From Phormidesmis sp. (lineage in GTDB: Bacteria > Cyanobacteriota > Cyanobacteriia > Leptolyngbyales > Leptolyngbyaceae), in the NCBI GenBank assembly GCA_965248535.1, contig CBDFJR010000002.1:2304001-2368000 (forward strand): a stretch of DNA of 64,000 bases. The letters are read 5' to 3'. The position numbers and the translations under genes were made by a program. The notes beneath the pieces were generated by a model that saw only the letters and a program-made list of their open reading frames with translations, did no database searches and was not told where the DNA came from. Of the stretch, positions 52,985 to 62,630 are shown piece by piece (within the stretch, counting starts at the first letter, position 1; each line of letters opens with the position of its first letter).

Positions 52985-53132
52985 TCTTGTGGGGTAAATA
53001 ACATCCACACGGGGCAGATTTGCCGTCCTCCCCGTGTGGCTAAAACTCATGATCCACGAGAATCACCCATCTGAGGAACCCAACCCCTCAGACCCCTTAC
53101 CGTGATTCCCTCTCGCACCCGGAGGCTTATCG

Positions 53133-53306
53133 ATGACCCAAGACGAAATGACCGTTTTAGAAGCAGACCATCAAGACCACGACGAACTCAAAGACAGAAT
53201 CGTGACTCTCTTTGAGCAACTGCCGCCCGATCGACAAGAAGCCCTGCTAGACGAGCTACAGCAAATCTTTGACCTCTGCGTTGAAGAGTCAGAAGAAGAA
53301 GAATGA
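53133..53306 (+). CDS. Small acidic hypothetical protein (57 aa; below ORF-track cutoff)
   Basis: GGAGG at 53121; MTQDEMTVLEADHQDHDELKDRIVTLFEQLPPDRQEALLDELQQIFDLCVEESEEEE. Confidence 0.65.
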   Translation: MTQDEMTVLEADHQDHDELKDRIVTLFEQLPPDRQEALLDELQQIFDLCVEESEEEE

Positions 53307-53405
53307 CCACAAAAAAGCGATCGCGCTGCCGTCTGGGGAGTGCGAACAGCCTCGCTGCACGGGACGTGTGCGCCCAATGACTTTTGTTTTTAACGATCGA
53401 AAAAA

Positions 53406-53612
53406 CTATGCAGCTTGAAAAACTTTCGGCTCTGGTAGAGATTTGCCCATCGCCTGATACTGCTCTACCAAACTTTCTAGAACCTCCTGAGCATTCTGAA
53501 ATGCCTCCTCATAGGTATCGCCGTGAGTGTGGGCGTATGGGCCAAACTCAGGCAGGCTCACCACAAATGCCTGATCGACTTCAGACCACTGAATCAAGAT
53601 TGTGTATTTCAT
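53406..53612 (-). CDS. hicB: HicB antitoxin
   Basis: YTILIQWSEVDQAFVVSLPEF...THGDTYEEAFQNAQEVL. Confidence 0.9.
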   Translation of the reverse strand: MKYTILIQWSEVDQAFVVSLPEFGPYAHTHGDTYEEAFQNAQEVLESLVEQYQAMGKSLPEPKVFQAA

Positions 53613-53836
53613 TCTTCCGATTCCTCCTTTTTCAACCTCTCCAGGTCAGCAAGAGCATCCATCACATCTTCCTCTTGATAGGGTTTAGCGTCCGCCCCAT
53701 CCTTACCAGAAATCGTAATCGGGTAGGGAAGCAATGGGTGATACCACATCGTGTGGCTACCCTTCCCTCTCCCCGGCTGGTAGACAAAGCCCACTTTTTT
53801 CACCAGCTTTTTTAACTCTCTGACCTTTTTGGGCAT
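53609..53836 (-). CDS. hicA: HicA toxin
   Basis: VRELKKLVKKVGF...GKGSHTMWYHP. Confidence 0.9.
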   Translation of the reverse strand: MPKKVRELKKLVKKVGFVYQPGRGKGSHTMWYHPLLPYPITISGKDGADAKPYQEEDVMDALADLERLKKEESEE

Positions 53837-53946
53837 TCACTCGCACTCACGACTAGGCCCATTATCCCAACAAAAAAGCGATCGCCCGTTAGTCCTGGAG
53901 CGATCGCCTATTCATTAATCAAATTCATACAACCAAAGGTTAACCC

Positions 53947-54159
53947 ATGACCCAACTCACGGCCCAACTTCTGCTGCTCACGTCAGACCAAAAAGTCCAA
54001 CTCATTCACGCCCTGACTGAGCAAATCAGCTATCCCTCTGCCCACAAGCCCCTGGGCTTTCACGTCGATCGCCTGCCAGCGCCGCTAGAACCTCAGATCG
54101 CAACCCTGTCACCTGAGCAGAAGAAAGCCCTGATTCGCACGATCGTCAATCACATTTAA
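53947..54159 (+). CDS. Small hypothetical protein
   Basis: 70-aa ORF with internal repeat LTSDQKVQLI / LSPEQKKALI. Confidence 0.55.
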   Translation: MTQLTAQLLLLTSDQKVQLIHALTEQISYPSAHKPLGFHVDRLPAPLEPQIATLSPEQKKALIRTIVNHI

Positions 54160-54252
54160 AAGCCAAAGGGCAGACCGCTAGCTACGGACTGCCCCTTTTT
54201 AAGGCTAAAGGTTGCCTTTTCTTTCTCTTGTCCATAAAACCTTGCCATCCCC

Positions 54253-54600
54253 ATGAATCCTAGCGTAAAAACACCCAAAACCCAACACCACCATAGACTG
54301 ACCGTTAAAGATGTCATTCAAGACTATCAAAATGGTCTACTCACAGCCAAAGGAGCCATCTTCTATATCGTGGCCGCTAGCCGCAAATTAGGAGAAGCCG
54401 TCAGAGTTAGCTCAAAAACGAGACTTTTTTTCTCACGAACGAGACGACAAACCGTCAGAACCCTTGCCCGATATCGGGTCTGGATTGCCTCTATCTCTAC
54501 AGTCTTTACAATCTTTCTCTCTCTACAGAGAGCGATCGAGAGAGAGACAAAAATGCTGACGCAAAACAGGAGATCGAAGCCACCCACAAAGCCTGGTTAA
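54253..54600 (+). pseudogene. Decayed mobile-element gene (possibly a replication-protein remnant)
   Basis: Plausible N-terminus that degrades into CT/AG-rich low-complexity sequence; function is a guess from position. Confidence 0.35.
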
Positions 54601-54760
54601 TCGCAAAAGCGGAAAGTCTCCCAGTTCGGCCCACCTTCTTAGAGCAGTGGGTCAGAAAGCAAGCTGCGTTAGAAGCCAAGATGTACGTTAAAAAATACGT
54701 GCAGCCGAGTTTGTTTGAGTGATGGCAAAAAAACGAAACATCAAGCCATCATGATTACTC

Positions 54761-55015
54761 GTGCTGTGGCAAAAATACACGATCTTTCAAGCGGCCCAGC
54801 TTGCCCCATCCACGATCGTTCGCGACTACCACAAAGTAGAGCGGCAAATTGAGAAGATGCCCTCCCACCTCGAAACCTCTATTCAGATTCGAGATTGGCT
54901 CATTGACCATCTCGCTGGTGAAACGGTTCGTCGTCTGATCATGCAGAACACTCCCCACATCACCTGGAAACACTATGCAAGCCGCAGCCGAAACATTGAA
55001 CTTCCAGAGTTTTGA
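54761..55015 (+). pseudogene. Tyrosine integrase remnant with large internal deletion
   Basis: Core-binding-like LWQKY...LAPSTIVRDY...IRDWL fused to C-terminal NTPHITWKHYA...LPEF; next to a tRNA fragment. Confidence 0.72.
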
Positions 55016-55210
55016 GCTACTGCTCAGTCCGCAGAAGTGCTACGCAGAAAGGCTGATTCTACCGTTGCCACTGTGACAGTTTGGGAACGAGAGAATCAGC
55101 CTTTCAGAGCATTCCCGATCGGCGATTAAGTCCAAAATTAGTCCACTTGAAAAATATGGCTTCAAGTGGACAGTTTCTTGCTTTCTTGAAAGATTAAAGA
55201 CTGTGAGAGA

Positions 55211-55257
55211 TGCCAGGAACGAGACTTGAACTCGTGACACGAGGATTTTCAGTCCTC
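55211..55257 (-). tRNA. 3' fragment of tRNA-Phe(GAA), probable att site (not a functional tRNA)
   Basis: Reverse complement GAGGA CTGAAAA TCCTC GTGTC ACGAG TTCAAGT CTCGT TCCTGGCA; D arm and 5' acceptor strand absent. Confidence 0.88.
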
Positions 55258-55361
55258 GATACAATGCTGCTGTGCGGTCGTTTTAGCCTTTGGTCTTCGG
55301 CTTTCCCCCAATTTTCCCCCAATGCCCAAATGAGCCAGCTTTGTCAAAGAATCATGACATT

Positions 55362-56057
55362 CTAGGGCAGTTTCCAGCCTCTGATTTCTGCGAGTGCAGA
55401 AGCAACTTCTGCGTCGCTCACTTTTGGCAGTCGATTTGTGATGTAATCTTTCTCCAAACCTGTGGTTTGGCTAAATTCTGTCTCGATACCGTCGAGGAGT
55501 TGAGGTGCGATCGTGCTCATTTGCCAATCTCGATCCCAAAAGATGCGATCGGCAAGTTCGTCAATAATTTCTTCCCACAAGTTGAGGTTGGTGGAGCGCT
55601 CACTGAATTCAGCCTCTTCTTCACGTTCGCCATACTCAGTCACGGCATCTCGCCATCGGGGACGAACAAACTCCTCAAACGCTTTCCAAATCAATCGACG
55701 AAAATAGTACTTAATCGCTGTCTCGTCCTCATGCCAATCGTCTTCCTCAGAAATTTCTTCCTCTACACGCATTTGGAGGTAAGCGAAGGGGAAATAAGCA
55801 CCTGCTTCAAGGACATTGTTGAGTTCGGGGGCTTCGACTTCAGGTTTTAGAAGAGCGGACAGGCAAATGTGGAGAATAATAATTTTTTGACCAGGATTTG
55901 CGAAATCGAAGATGCGATCGCCGGTTTTTACGTCCAATCCGCCTTCACCATCATCCATGAGTTCGATGTAGTCGATCGCAGATTGCACTGCCGTTAAATA
56001 AACTTCCGCTTCGACACCCTCAAGAACGCGCATCCCTGCATTTGTGTGCCAAGTCAT
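55362..56057 (-). CDS. Acidic hypothetical protein
   Basis: 231-aa ORF; MTWHTNAGMRVL, LADRIFWDRDW. Confidence 0.7.
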   Translation of the reverse strand: MTWHTNAGMRVLEGVEAEVYLTAVQSAIDYIELMDDGEGGLDVKTGDRIFDFANPGQKIIILHICLSALLKPEVEAPELNNVLEAGAYFPFAYLQMRVEEEISEEDDWHEDETAIKYYFRRLIWKAFEEFVRPRWRDAVTEYGEREEEAEFSERSTNLNLWEEIIDELADRIFWDRDWQMSTIAPQLLDGIETEFSQTTGLEKDYITNRLPKVSDAEVASALAEIRGWKLP

Positions 56058-56108
56058 AATCGTGTGAGTTGTCCCATAGCCTTTGTTGTACCTTTGAATG
56101 TAGGTCGG

Positions 56109-56315
56109 TCAGCTTTTGAAATCTCTGTCATGTTTGGGTGAGCGATTGCTCTCATTGGTCTCAGCTTGGAGGTCAATCACAACGGGCTTTCTCACTACTT
56201 CAGGTGCATCAATCCTGCTGGCAGCACGTTCCGCTTCCAGATCTCGATCGGTGTTTTTGGGCGAACGAATTACGTCTGGGGTTTTCGGATCAGGTTGTTG
56301 TGTCTCTTCGCTCAT
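56109..56315 (-). CDS. Small hydrophilic hypothetical protein
   Basis: AGGAG RBS upstream; 68 aa. Confidence 0.55.
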   Translation of the reverse strand: MSEETQQPDPKTPDVIRSPKNTDRDLEAERAASRIDAPEVVRKPVVIDLQAETNESNRSPKHDRDFKS

Positions 56316-56404
56316 CGTGAATCTCCTAATGATTTTGAAAGCATAGGGCGTTAAACTTCTGATGCTTTCAACTCTACCGCTCCCAGTGCCTTTAAGGTTG
56401 TTCT

Positions 56405-56985
56405 TTAGGCTGGGGTCAAGCTGATCGCGCCTGTAATGTTCATACCTTCATAGAGGCGATTGACTCTGAGGATTTTCAGACATTCTCCAGCGTCAGCATC
56501 CCACATTCTGATGGTGCCGTCTTTACTGCAACTAGCGACTGTTTGTCCATTAGGACTAAAGGCGATCGATGCCAGGCAGTTGCTATGAGATTCCAGGGCA
56601 GTCAAACATTGTCCCGATCGTAGATCACAGAGCCGCCCTGTGTGGTCATCACCACTGCTCGCGAGGGCTTGTCCATCGGGGCTAACGTTGACTAACCAGA
56701 CTTGGTGGGTATGCTCCTGAAATGTCTTCGGGCATTGCCTGGTGTAGACATCCTACAACCGCACCGTTTTATCTTCACTGCCCGTAGCGAAGATATGACC
56801 ATCGGGACTAAACACAACTGTCCAAACTTTAGTCTTGTACTTCGGTAGCGTTCTCGTGCTGTCACCTGTGTGGAGATTCTAGAATGTTACTGTTTGGTTG
56901 TCATTTCCCGTAACCAACGTTTTGCCATCAGGACTCAAGGCTGTGGACAACACCCAGTAGATATGCGTAGAGATGATTTGTTAGA
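56405..56985 (-). pseudogene. WD40-repeat gene remnant
   Basis: FSPDG..ATGSEDKTVRL and FSPNGQTVASCSKDGTIRMWD units with stops and frameshifts; tail RLYEGMNITG..LTPA typical of cyanobacterial NTPase-WD40 proteins. Confidence 0.8.
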
Positions 56986-57878
56986 ACGCATCCATAGCAC
57001 AATTGCCAAACCTTGAGAAGCGCTTAATGAATACCAACAAGCCCGAACAGAATTCCTATTTTTGGGAGACACTCAACGAGCAGCCGTTCTCGATCGTCGG
57101 ATCGGCAAATTAGAAACACAGTAAATTCCACAAATTTATTTTCTAATTATTGTCAGAAATAACACTCTGAACAGAATCATGCATTGACAATGCCGTAGAA
57201 GTGAAGACATTTTATGGTTGATATAGATTGCATAAACTATGAAGATATATTCTGTGTGTTGACCCAGTGCTGAATACAGTTAAAACATCTTTGTAATCAC
57301 AAAATCTCTTGTTTTATCAGTCTGTTTTTGAGACTAAATCACCAAATCTGTGCTTCAGCTTCAGCCTTAATTTGACTTTCACCGAGCGCTCCGCCGCAGT
57401 TCGGCTTAATTTCTGCGATTTTTTGAAGCAATACATTCAATCAGACTGAGATTATGAAGAAATTCTGTAGGGGGTTGATTTATAATTCAAACTTCACTAA
57501 AAAGAGAAGAAGCATCTTCCACTCAATTCATCCTTTTGTAGTTCTAAATACCAAAACCTAGCTGTTACTCATTTCTATTTCTGGGTGTGTTTACAGATTA
57601 ATAGTTTGAAGGAATTGTGCGTTTAGTGTAACTACACAGCAACCGCTAATTAGGTCAGTTTTGAAAGATTTCTCTGGATCAATCACGTAATTTCTAGAGC
57701 CGAGACGACCTTCTCACATTGATTTTTAGCCTTTTTTAGAACTCATTGAGTTCACTCGTTACCCTTCGTAGCCCATTGAAGAGATGACCCGATCCTCAGA
57801 CGATTCGTGCATCTCGCCGCTAGTATTTTCAGATCAGAAAACTACCTGAGTGAGCTTTAGCCTTACCGAAGGAGGAAT

Positions 57879-58466
57879 ATGCCGTCACCGATCTCGCGAA
57901 CGTTTAAGCGTCGAGTTCAGACACCATTGCATCTTGGTGCAGTTCCAAAGTTTCGTCTGCTTGTAACTTCAATTCTCATCTCTGTGAGCATTCTGCTTAT
58001 GAATGTGATCGTGAACCCAGCTACGATCGCGCTTGCAGGATTTATCATTCTGGGTTACGTCGCTGTTGCACTGATTGTGATTAATTCGCTACCTGAACTG
58101 TTGAGATTCTTACGCTCTCGACTGTGGTTCAGCGTTTTTCTCGGTGAAATTTTCTTTGCCATCATTACTATTCCTGCGAACGCTGCAATCTTTGACACTG
58201 CCGAAAGATATACGAGTGGAATTTTTGGGCAATACATTGATGGCAGCATGATCACCCTCATTTTTGGGTTCCTGAGAATCAGTTCTTTTATCATGGGAGC
58301 CGCATTTGTGATGCTGGCATTAGAGAAAGCAAGACATGGTGAGAACTGGCAACCGTTTGCTTGGAATGCGTTTGCCGTCTTGATGGTCGTTGTGCTAGTC
58401 GAGGGGATGTCTACACTATTTCTTTCCACAACCGCCGCAACGCCCTCTGCATCCCCTAGACCTTAA
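57879..58466 (+). CDS. Putative VirB2/pilin-like membrane protein of conjugative T4SS
   Basis: GGAGG RBS; TM helices, PANAAIF cleavage-like site; first gene of the VirB4 operon. Confidence 0.55.
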   Translation: MPSPISRTFKRRVQTPLHLGAVPKFRLLVTSILISVSILLMNVIVNPATIALAGFIILGYVAVALIVINSLPELLRFLRSRLWFSVFLGEIFFAIITIPANAAIFDTAERYTSGIFGQYIDGSMITLIFGFLRISSFIMGAAFVMLALEKARHGENWQPFAWNAFAVLMVVVLVEGMSTLFLSTTAATPSASPRP

Positions 58467-58481
58467 GAGCGTCAAAGAGAG

Positions 58482-58823
58482 GTGAATGTGTCTGACTCTC
58501 GAAAGTTTCGTCGCGTCAATCCTAGTTTGGGTAGTCATCCCAGTTTTGGTCCGATTCCCGTGGGACAGTTGTTCCCGGTGGGCATTAGCATTGGGGTCTC
58601 TTACCTGATTTTTGAGATGTTGCTGGGCTGGGGACTAACTTGGGTCGCTTTATCGGCTCTTTGGTCAGCGAGTTCTTGGTGGATTTTGACGGGGGACAAG
58701 AATTGGAAATTGCTAAATAAATTCGTCACGGTTCCACAGTGGACGTGCAAATTTCGGTCATATCAACGATTGTTAGGAGCGTCTCATGCCAAACAAGCTC
58801 GGAACCGAAAAGCTGATTTTTAA
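58482..58823 (+). CDS. Putative VirB3-like protein
   Basis: FRRVNPSLG..P.FGPIP, two TMs, WWILTG; overlaps virB4. Confidence 0.6.
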   Translation: MNVSDSRKFRRVNPSLGSHPSFGPIPVGQLFPVGISIGVSYLIFEMLLGWGLTWVALSALWSASSWWILTGDKNWKLLNKFVTVPQWTCKFRSYQRLLGASHAKQARNRKADF

Positions 58824-61587
58824 GCCGTTTGAAGATGAATCGGATTTGGAATGTCTATTCTCTCTATTGCTGGGAGAAAGAAGGATTGGGGGATGCCTGC
58901 TGCGACAGGGGCGAGACCGCTTCTGCTTGCGATTTGCTTTTCGGATCTCTAGTATTCACACCTTCTTGTCTGATGAGCAGATTGAAGCGACGCTGTTACG
59001 GTTGGAGGAAGGATTGCGAGGACTGCCAGAAGGGGAAAGCCTGCGGATTCATTTCCGATCGTTTGCCAGTGACTCTGAGCGACAACAAGAACTTGAAGCA
59101 CTAGCCGAAGCCTCATCGATTCCTGAACTTCAGTTTCTATTGTTCAGCCAGCAGCGCTATACCCGTGAATTGAGTGAACAAGGATTCCGTCAACCCAAGG
59201 AGATTTTGCTCTTTGCAACGTTCACTATCGAACCTGGAAAAGCTACGACAGCCGACACGATCGAGCGCATGATCGCTTCACTTGTGGAATCCTACGAGGC
59301 TTTCAAAGGGCGAAAATCGCAATTGGAGGAAGTTCGGTATCAGCACGTTCTGACTCAGGGCTTTAAAGCGGGGTATCTGCATTGGGAACAACAACTCAAC
59401 ACACGGATGGGATTAGGAGCCGTTCCGTTAACCGTTGAGGAGTTGTGGCAAGTGATTTGGTCAGAGTTTAACTGTTCTGCGCCTCCACCTATTCCTCAAT
59501 GCTTGGTGTTGAGTGAGAGCGAAGAGGGGTTGGTTCTGAATGAGGAAGTCAATGATTCATTTCATGCGGCGACGGTGGCGATTCGAGGGGAACGAGGGCA
59601 GCGATCGACTCCCAAGGGCGATCGGGAATGGGCGTATGTGAAAGATCGGTTCGTGGGGGTGATGACCTTTGATGCGAAGCCTGGGGGCTTTGCCAGCCAT
59701 GAGCATCAGTTGTACTACCTATGGAAAGCCATCAGCCAATTTTCAGATTGCGAGATTGTGTGTGAAATTAGTCGCGCTGATGAACATTCAACTCGTGCGA
59801 GTTTGCAGCTATTGACCCGGCAAAATCTCACGCTAACCGAACGTGCGAGTACCAAAAACAATCTGGATGTCGTGGCACAACTGAAAGCCCAAGGCGGAGC
59901 CGAAGCCCAAGCCAAGATTTGGCAAGGAGCAGCGCCGATTTGGTTTGCAGGAGTGGTGCTCATTCATCGCACCAGTCCAGAAGCATTGGATGAAGCTTGT
60001 CAAAAGCTAAGTAATTGCTTTGGAAGTGGAGAACTGAATCGAGAGCGAGAAATCGCTTGGAAGATTTGGCTGCAAACGCTGCCGATTACTTGGCATCGTT
60101 TGTTGGATGGGCGACGGCAACTGTATTTCACGGATGAGGTGGTTGGGCTGTTGCCATTGGCTTGCACGAGAGCGATCGACGCAGAAGGGATGGAATTCAT
60201 CTCGCGTGAAGGTGGAATGCCCGTCTATCTTGATTTTGTCACTCAGCATCGCAGCGCTGCCTTGCTGGGGCAGACTCGCATCGGGAAATCTGCTGTCAGT
60301 TCTGGCATGATTACTACGGCTATGGCATACGGATTTAGTGTGGTTGGATTAGACTACGCCCGTGAGGATGGCACGACTACGCTAACTGATTTGGTCAATA
60401 GCTTCGGAGAGGCTGGAGCATGGTTCGATGTCGGAACTTCAACCAACAATCTGTTTGAAATGCTGGATTTAAGAGCGCTCTCCCTCGATCAACAAGACAC
60501 CCGGAAGAACAGCTACTTGGCGTTTCTGGTTCGGGCGTTAGAAGTGATGGTGATGGGAGCCACCAGCGATCAACGATTAGGGAAACGCATTCATGCCATC
60601 TTGTGGAAAGGATTGTCTGCTTTCTTCGCTGATTCAGACATTCAACATCGCTATGATGCGGCTTACGATCAAGGCTTTGGCAGTTTTGCATGGCAGCGGA
60701 TGCCAACAATCATAGATTTTCTAGAGCTTTTAGAACGGTTTGATTTTTCTGGCTTAATCTCGGTTGGCAGCATTGCAGAAGCCTTGGCGGAAATTCGATT
60801 GCAGTTATTGTCTTGGGTGCAAAGCCCGGTGGGGAGGGCGATCGCGCAACCCAGTAATGTACGATCGGATGCTCAATTGATGATCTATGCCTTGCGAAAT
60901 CTAACCAATGACGATGAAGCCGCTGTTTTAGCGTTGTCGGCTCAGGCGTTGGCTCTAAGGCGTGCGCTAGAGTGTCCGAATAGCCTGCTGATTATCGATG
61001 AGAGTTCGGTACTCTACAAGTACGATGGCATTTCTCAAATCATTGGGCAAATCTGCGCCACAGGTGGCAAAGCGGGAATTCGGACGCTGATTATCAGCCA
61101 AGATCCTGATGCAATTTATAACTCTGCGGCAGGACAACAGATCCTTCAAAATCTGACTGTGCGCTTGATTGGCGCGATTCAAGGGTCAGCCGTTGAATCT
61201 TGTTGCCGAATTTTTGGGTACGATCGCTCCGTTTTGCTTCCCAACACTGACGAGAGCTTTTTGCCCGATCGTGCTCGGCTTTGCTCCCATTGGTTGATGG
61301 ATGTGGATGGACGATTGCAGCAGTGCGATTACTATCCATCTCCCGAATTGCTGGCAGCCGTAGCTAGTAATGTTCCAGAACAACAGGCACGATCGCGAGT
61401 CATGGCACAGTTTGCAAATAAGTTCGAGGGGTGGTCAGTGTTCGCCCAGCAATACACGGCTGCTTTACGCTCTGGTCAATCTCTACAGACGTTAGGGAGA
61501 AGCCCTCAGTTAAAAGTTTTGAGCAACTTGCCAACGCCTGAAGATACATCGGATCTAATAGTTTCTGAAATGCAGGAGGTGACGTAA
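58786..61587 (+). CDS. virB4: VirB4/TraC-like conjugation ATPase
   Basis: 933 aa; Walker A GQTRIGKS, Walker B LLIIDES, GGKAGIR..IISQ. Confidence 0.82.
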   Translation: MPNKLGTEKLIFKPFEDESDLECLFSLLLGERRIGGCLLRQGRDRFCLRFAFRISSIHTFLSDEQIEATLLRLEEGLRGLPEGESLRIHFRSFASDSERQQELEALAEASSIPELQFLLFSQQRYTRELSEQGFRQPKEILLFATFTIEPGKATTADTIERMIASLVESYEAFKGRKSQLEEVRYQHVLTQGFKAGYLHWEQQLNTRMGLGAVPLTVEELWQVIWSEFNCSAPPPIPQCLVLSESEEGLVLNEEVNDSFHAATVAIRGERGQRSTPKGDREWAYVKDRFVGVMTFDAKPGGFASHEHQLYYLWKAISQFSDCEIVCEISRADEHSTRASLQLLTRQNLTLTERASTKNNLDVVAQLKAQGGAEAQAKIWQGAAPIWFAGVVLIHRTSPEALDEACQKLSNCFGSGELNREREIAWKIWLQTLPITWHRLLDGRRQLYFTDEVVGLLPLACTRAIDAEGMEFISREGGMPVYLDFVTQHRSAALLGQTRIGKSAVSSGMITTAMAYGFSVVGLDYAREDGTTTLTDLVNSFGEAGAWFDVGTSTNNLFEMLDLRALSLDQQDTRKNSYLAFLVRALEVMVMGATSDQRLGKRIHAILWKGLSAFFADSDIQHRYDAAYDQGFGSFAWQRMPTIIDFLELLERFDFSGLISVGSIAEALAEIRLQLLSWVQSPVGRAIAQPSNVRSDAQLMIYALRNLTNDDEAAVLALSAQALALRRALECPNSLLIIDESSVLYKYDGISQIIGQICATGGKAGIRTLIISQDPDAIYNSAAGQQILQNLTVRLIGAIQGSAVESCCRIFGYDRSVLLPNTDESFLPDRARLCSHWLMDVDGRLQQCDYYPSPELLAAVASNVPEQQARSRVMAQFANKFEGWSVFAQQYTAALRSGQSLQTLGRSPQLKVLSNLPTPEDTSDLIVSEMQEVT

Positions 61588-62628
61588 ATGGTCATTAAGC
61601 GGAAACGCAAGCATCAGTTTCTTCAAATTGGAATAGGCGGGGCTGCGATCGCCTCTCTCGCCCTCTCGTCTTTGGCAGTCGCCTCGCTACTGCCCGGAAC
61701 TCCTAATATCTTTGGTGCGCTCAATCAAGTTAAGGATAATTCGCTCAATTCTATTCTGAACGGTGGAAGTAATTCGCCTTGGTCTGAGAAGATTCCTGTG
61801 GTTTCGACGCAATCTCCTGGGGTTAATTCAGGCAATTTGTGGGGGAGAAATGCACCTTGGTCAGAGGGAATTCCTGGACAAGCTGAACGGATTGCAAGTA
61901 ACTATCTGCTCTGTCAGTTGGTCGGTGATTTCGGATCGCTTCCCATTTCGATTCCAGGGCTTCCGGTGAGCCAGTGTGCTTCTCAGAGTCAAAGTGCGAC
62001 CACAACCCAATCGGGTGACGTGATTGTACCAACAGAAAGCGCAGGAACTCCAATTGCAACGATCGGGACACTCGGACCTAATCCCTTTGAGATTCGGGGA
62101 GAACAGCCCGGACCTCCTAAAACGGCTTCGGCTTACGATGCTCTAACTCTTAGCCCGATCGTGCGGCAGCGTGATTTGTCAAATCTCTATGATCAAACGC
62201 TGTCTCGCTCAACGGCTGCGCCGATGGTCGGCAAAACGGGAACGCAGTGGATGACTAACTCTGTTCAAAGCACTAGCCAGGTGATTGAGAACTCTCAGAA
62301 ATCCGCAAAAGCAATTCATCAGTTAGCAGAAGCGTCTAAATCTCTGTCTGTCACTCAGAATGTGATGAAGAATGCTGCACAGATGCAAGATTTAACGGCA
62401 TTGCTGCTGGTAGATCAAGCAGTGATTAACGGAAAAGTTCATGCGTCGTTATTGGGAGTGCAGCAAGAACAAGCCATGCTGCTGCTCAATCAAGCGAATC
62501 TCGGCGAAGGTATTGATGAAATGAATCGGCGACAGCGATCGGATCGGTTGATCGAAGCATCTGCGGCTGCTCGATCTCCGCTCTACATTCCTGGTTTATA
62601 TCCTTCGGAATCCCAAGGAGGACAGTAA
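61588..62628 (+). CDS. Exported T4SS component (VirB5/TrbJ-like)
   Basis: Signal peptide; Gln-rich helical C-terminus; lies between virB4 and virB6-like. Confidence 0.5.
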   Translation: MVIKRKRKHQFLQIGIGGAAIASLALSSLAVASLLPGTPNIFGALNQVKDNSLNSILNGGSNSPWSEKIPVVSTQSPGVNSGNLWGRNAPWSEGIPGQAERIASNYLLCQLVGDFGSLPISIPGLPVSQCASQSQSATTTQSGDVIVPTESAGTPIATIGTLGPNPFEIRGEQPGPPKTASAYDALTLSPIVRQRDLSNLYDQTLSRSTAAPMVGKTGTQWMTNSVQSTSQVIENSQKSAKAIHQLAEASKSLSVTQNVMKNAAQMQDLTALLLVDQAVINGKVHASLLGVQQEQAMLLLNQANLGEGIDEMNRRQRSDRLIEASAAARSPLYIPGLYPSESQGGQ

Positions 62629-62630
62629 TT

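Noticed and set aside
55040..55264. 74-aa ORF, or a complete tRNA-Phe
   Set aside because: The ORF reads through the att fragment, and the tRNA lacks its 5' half.
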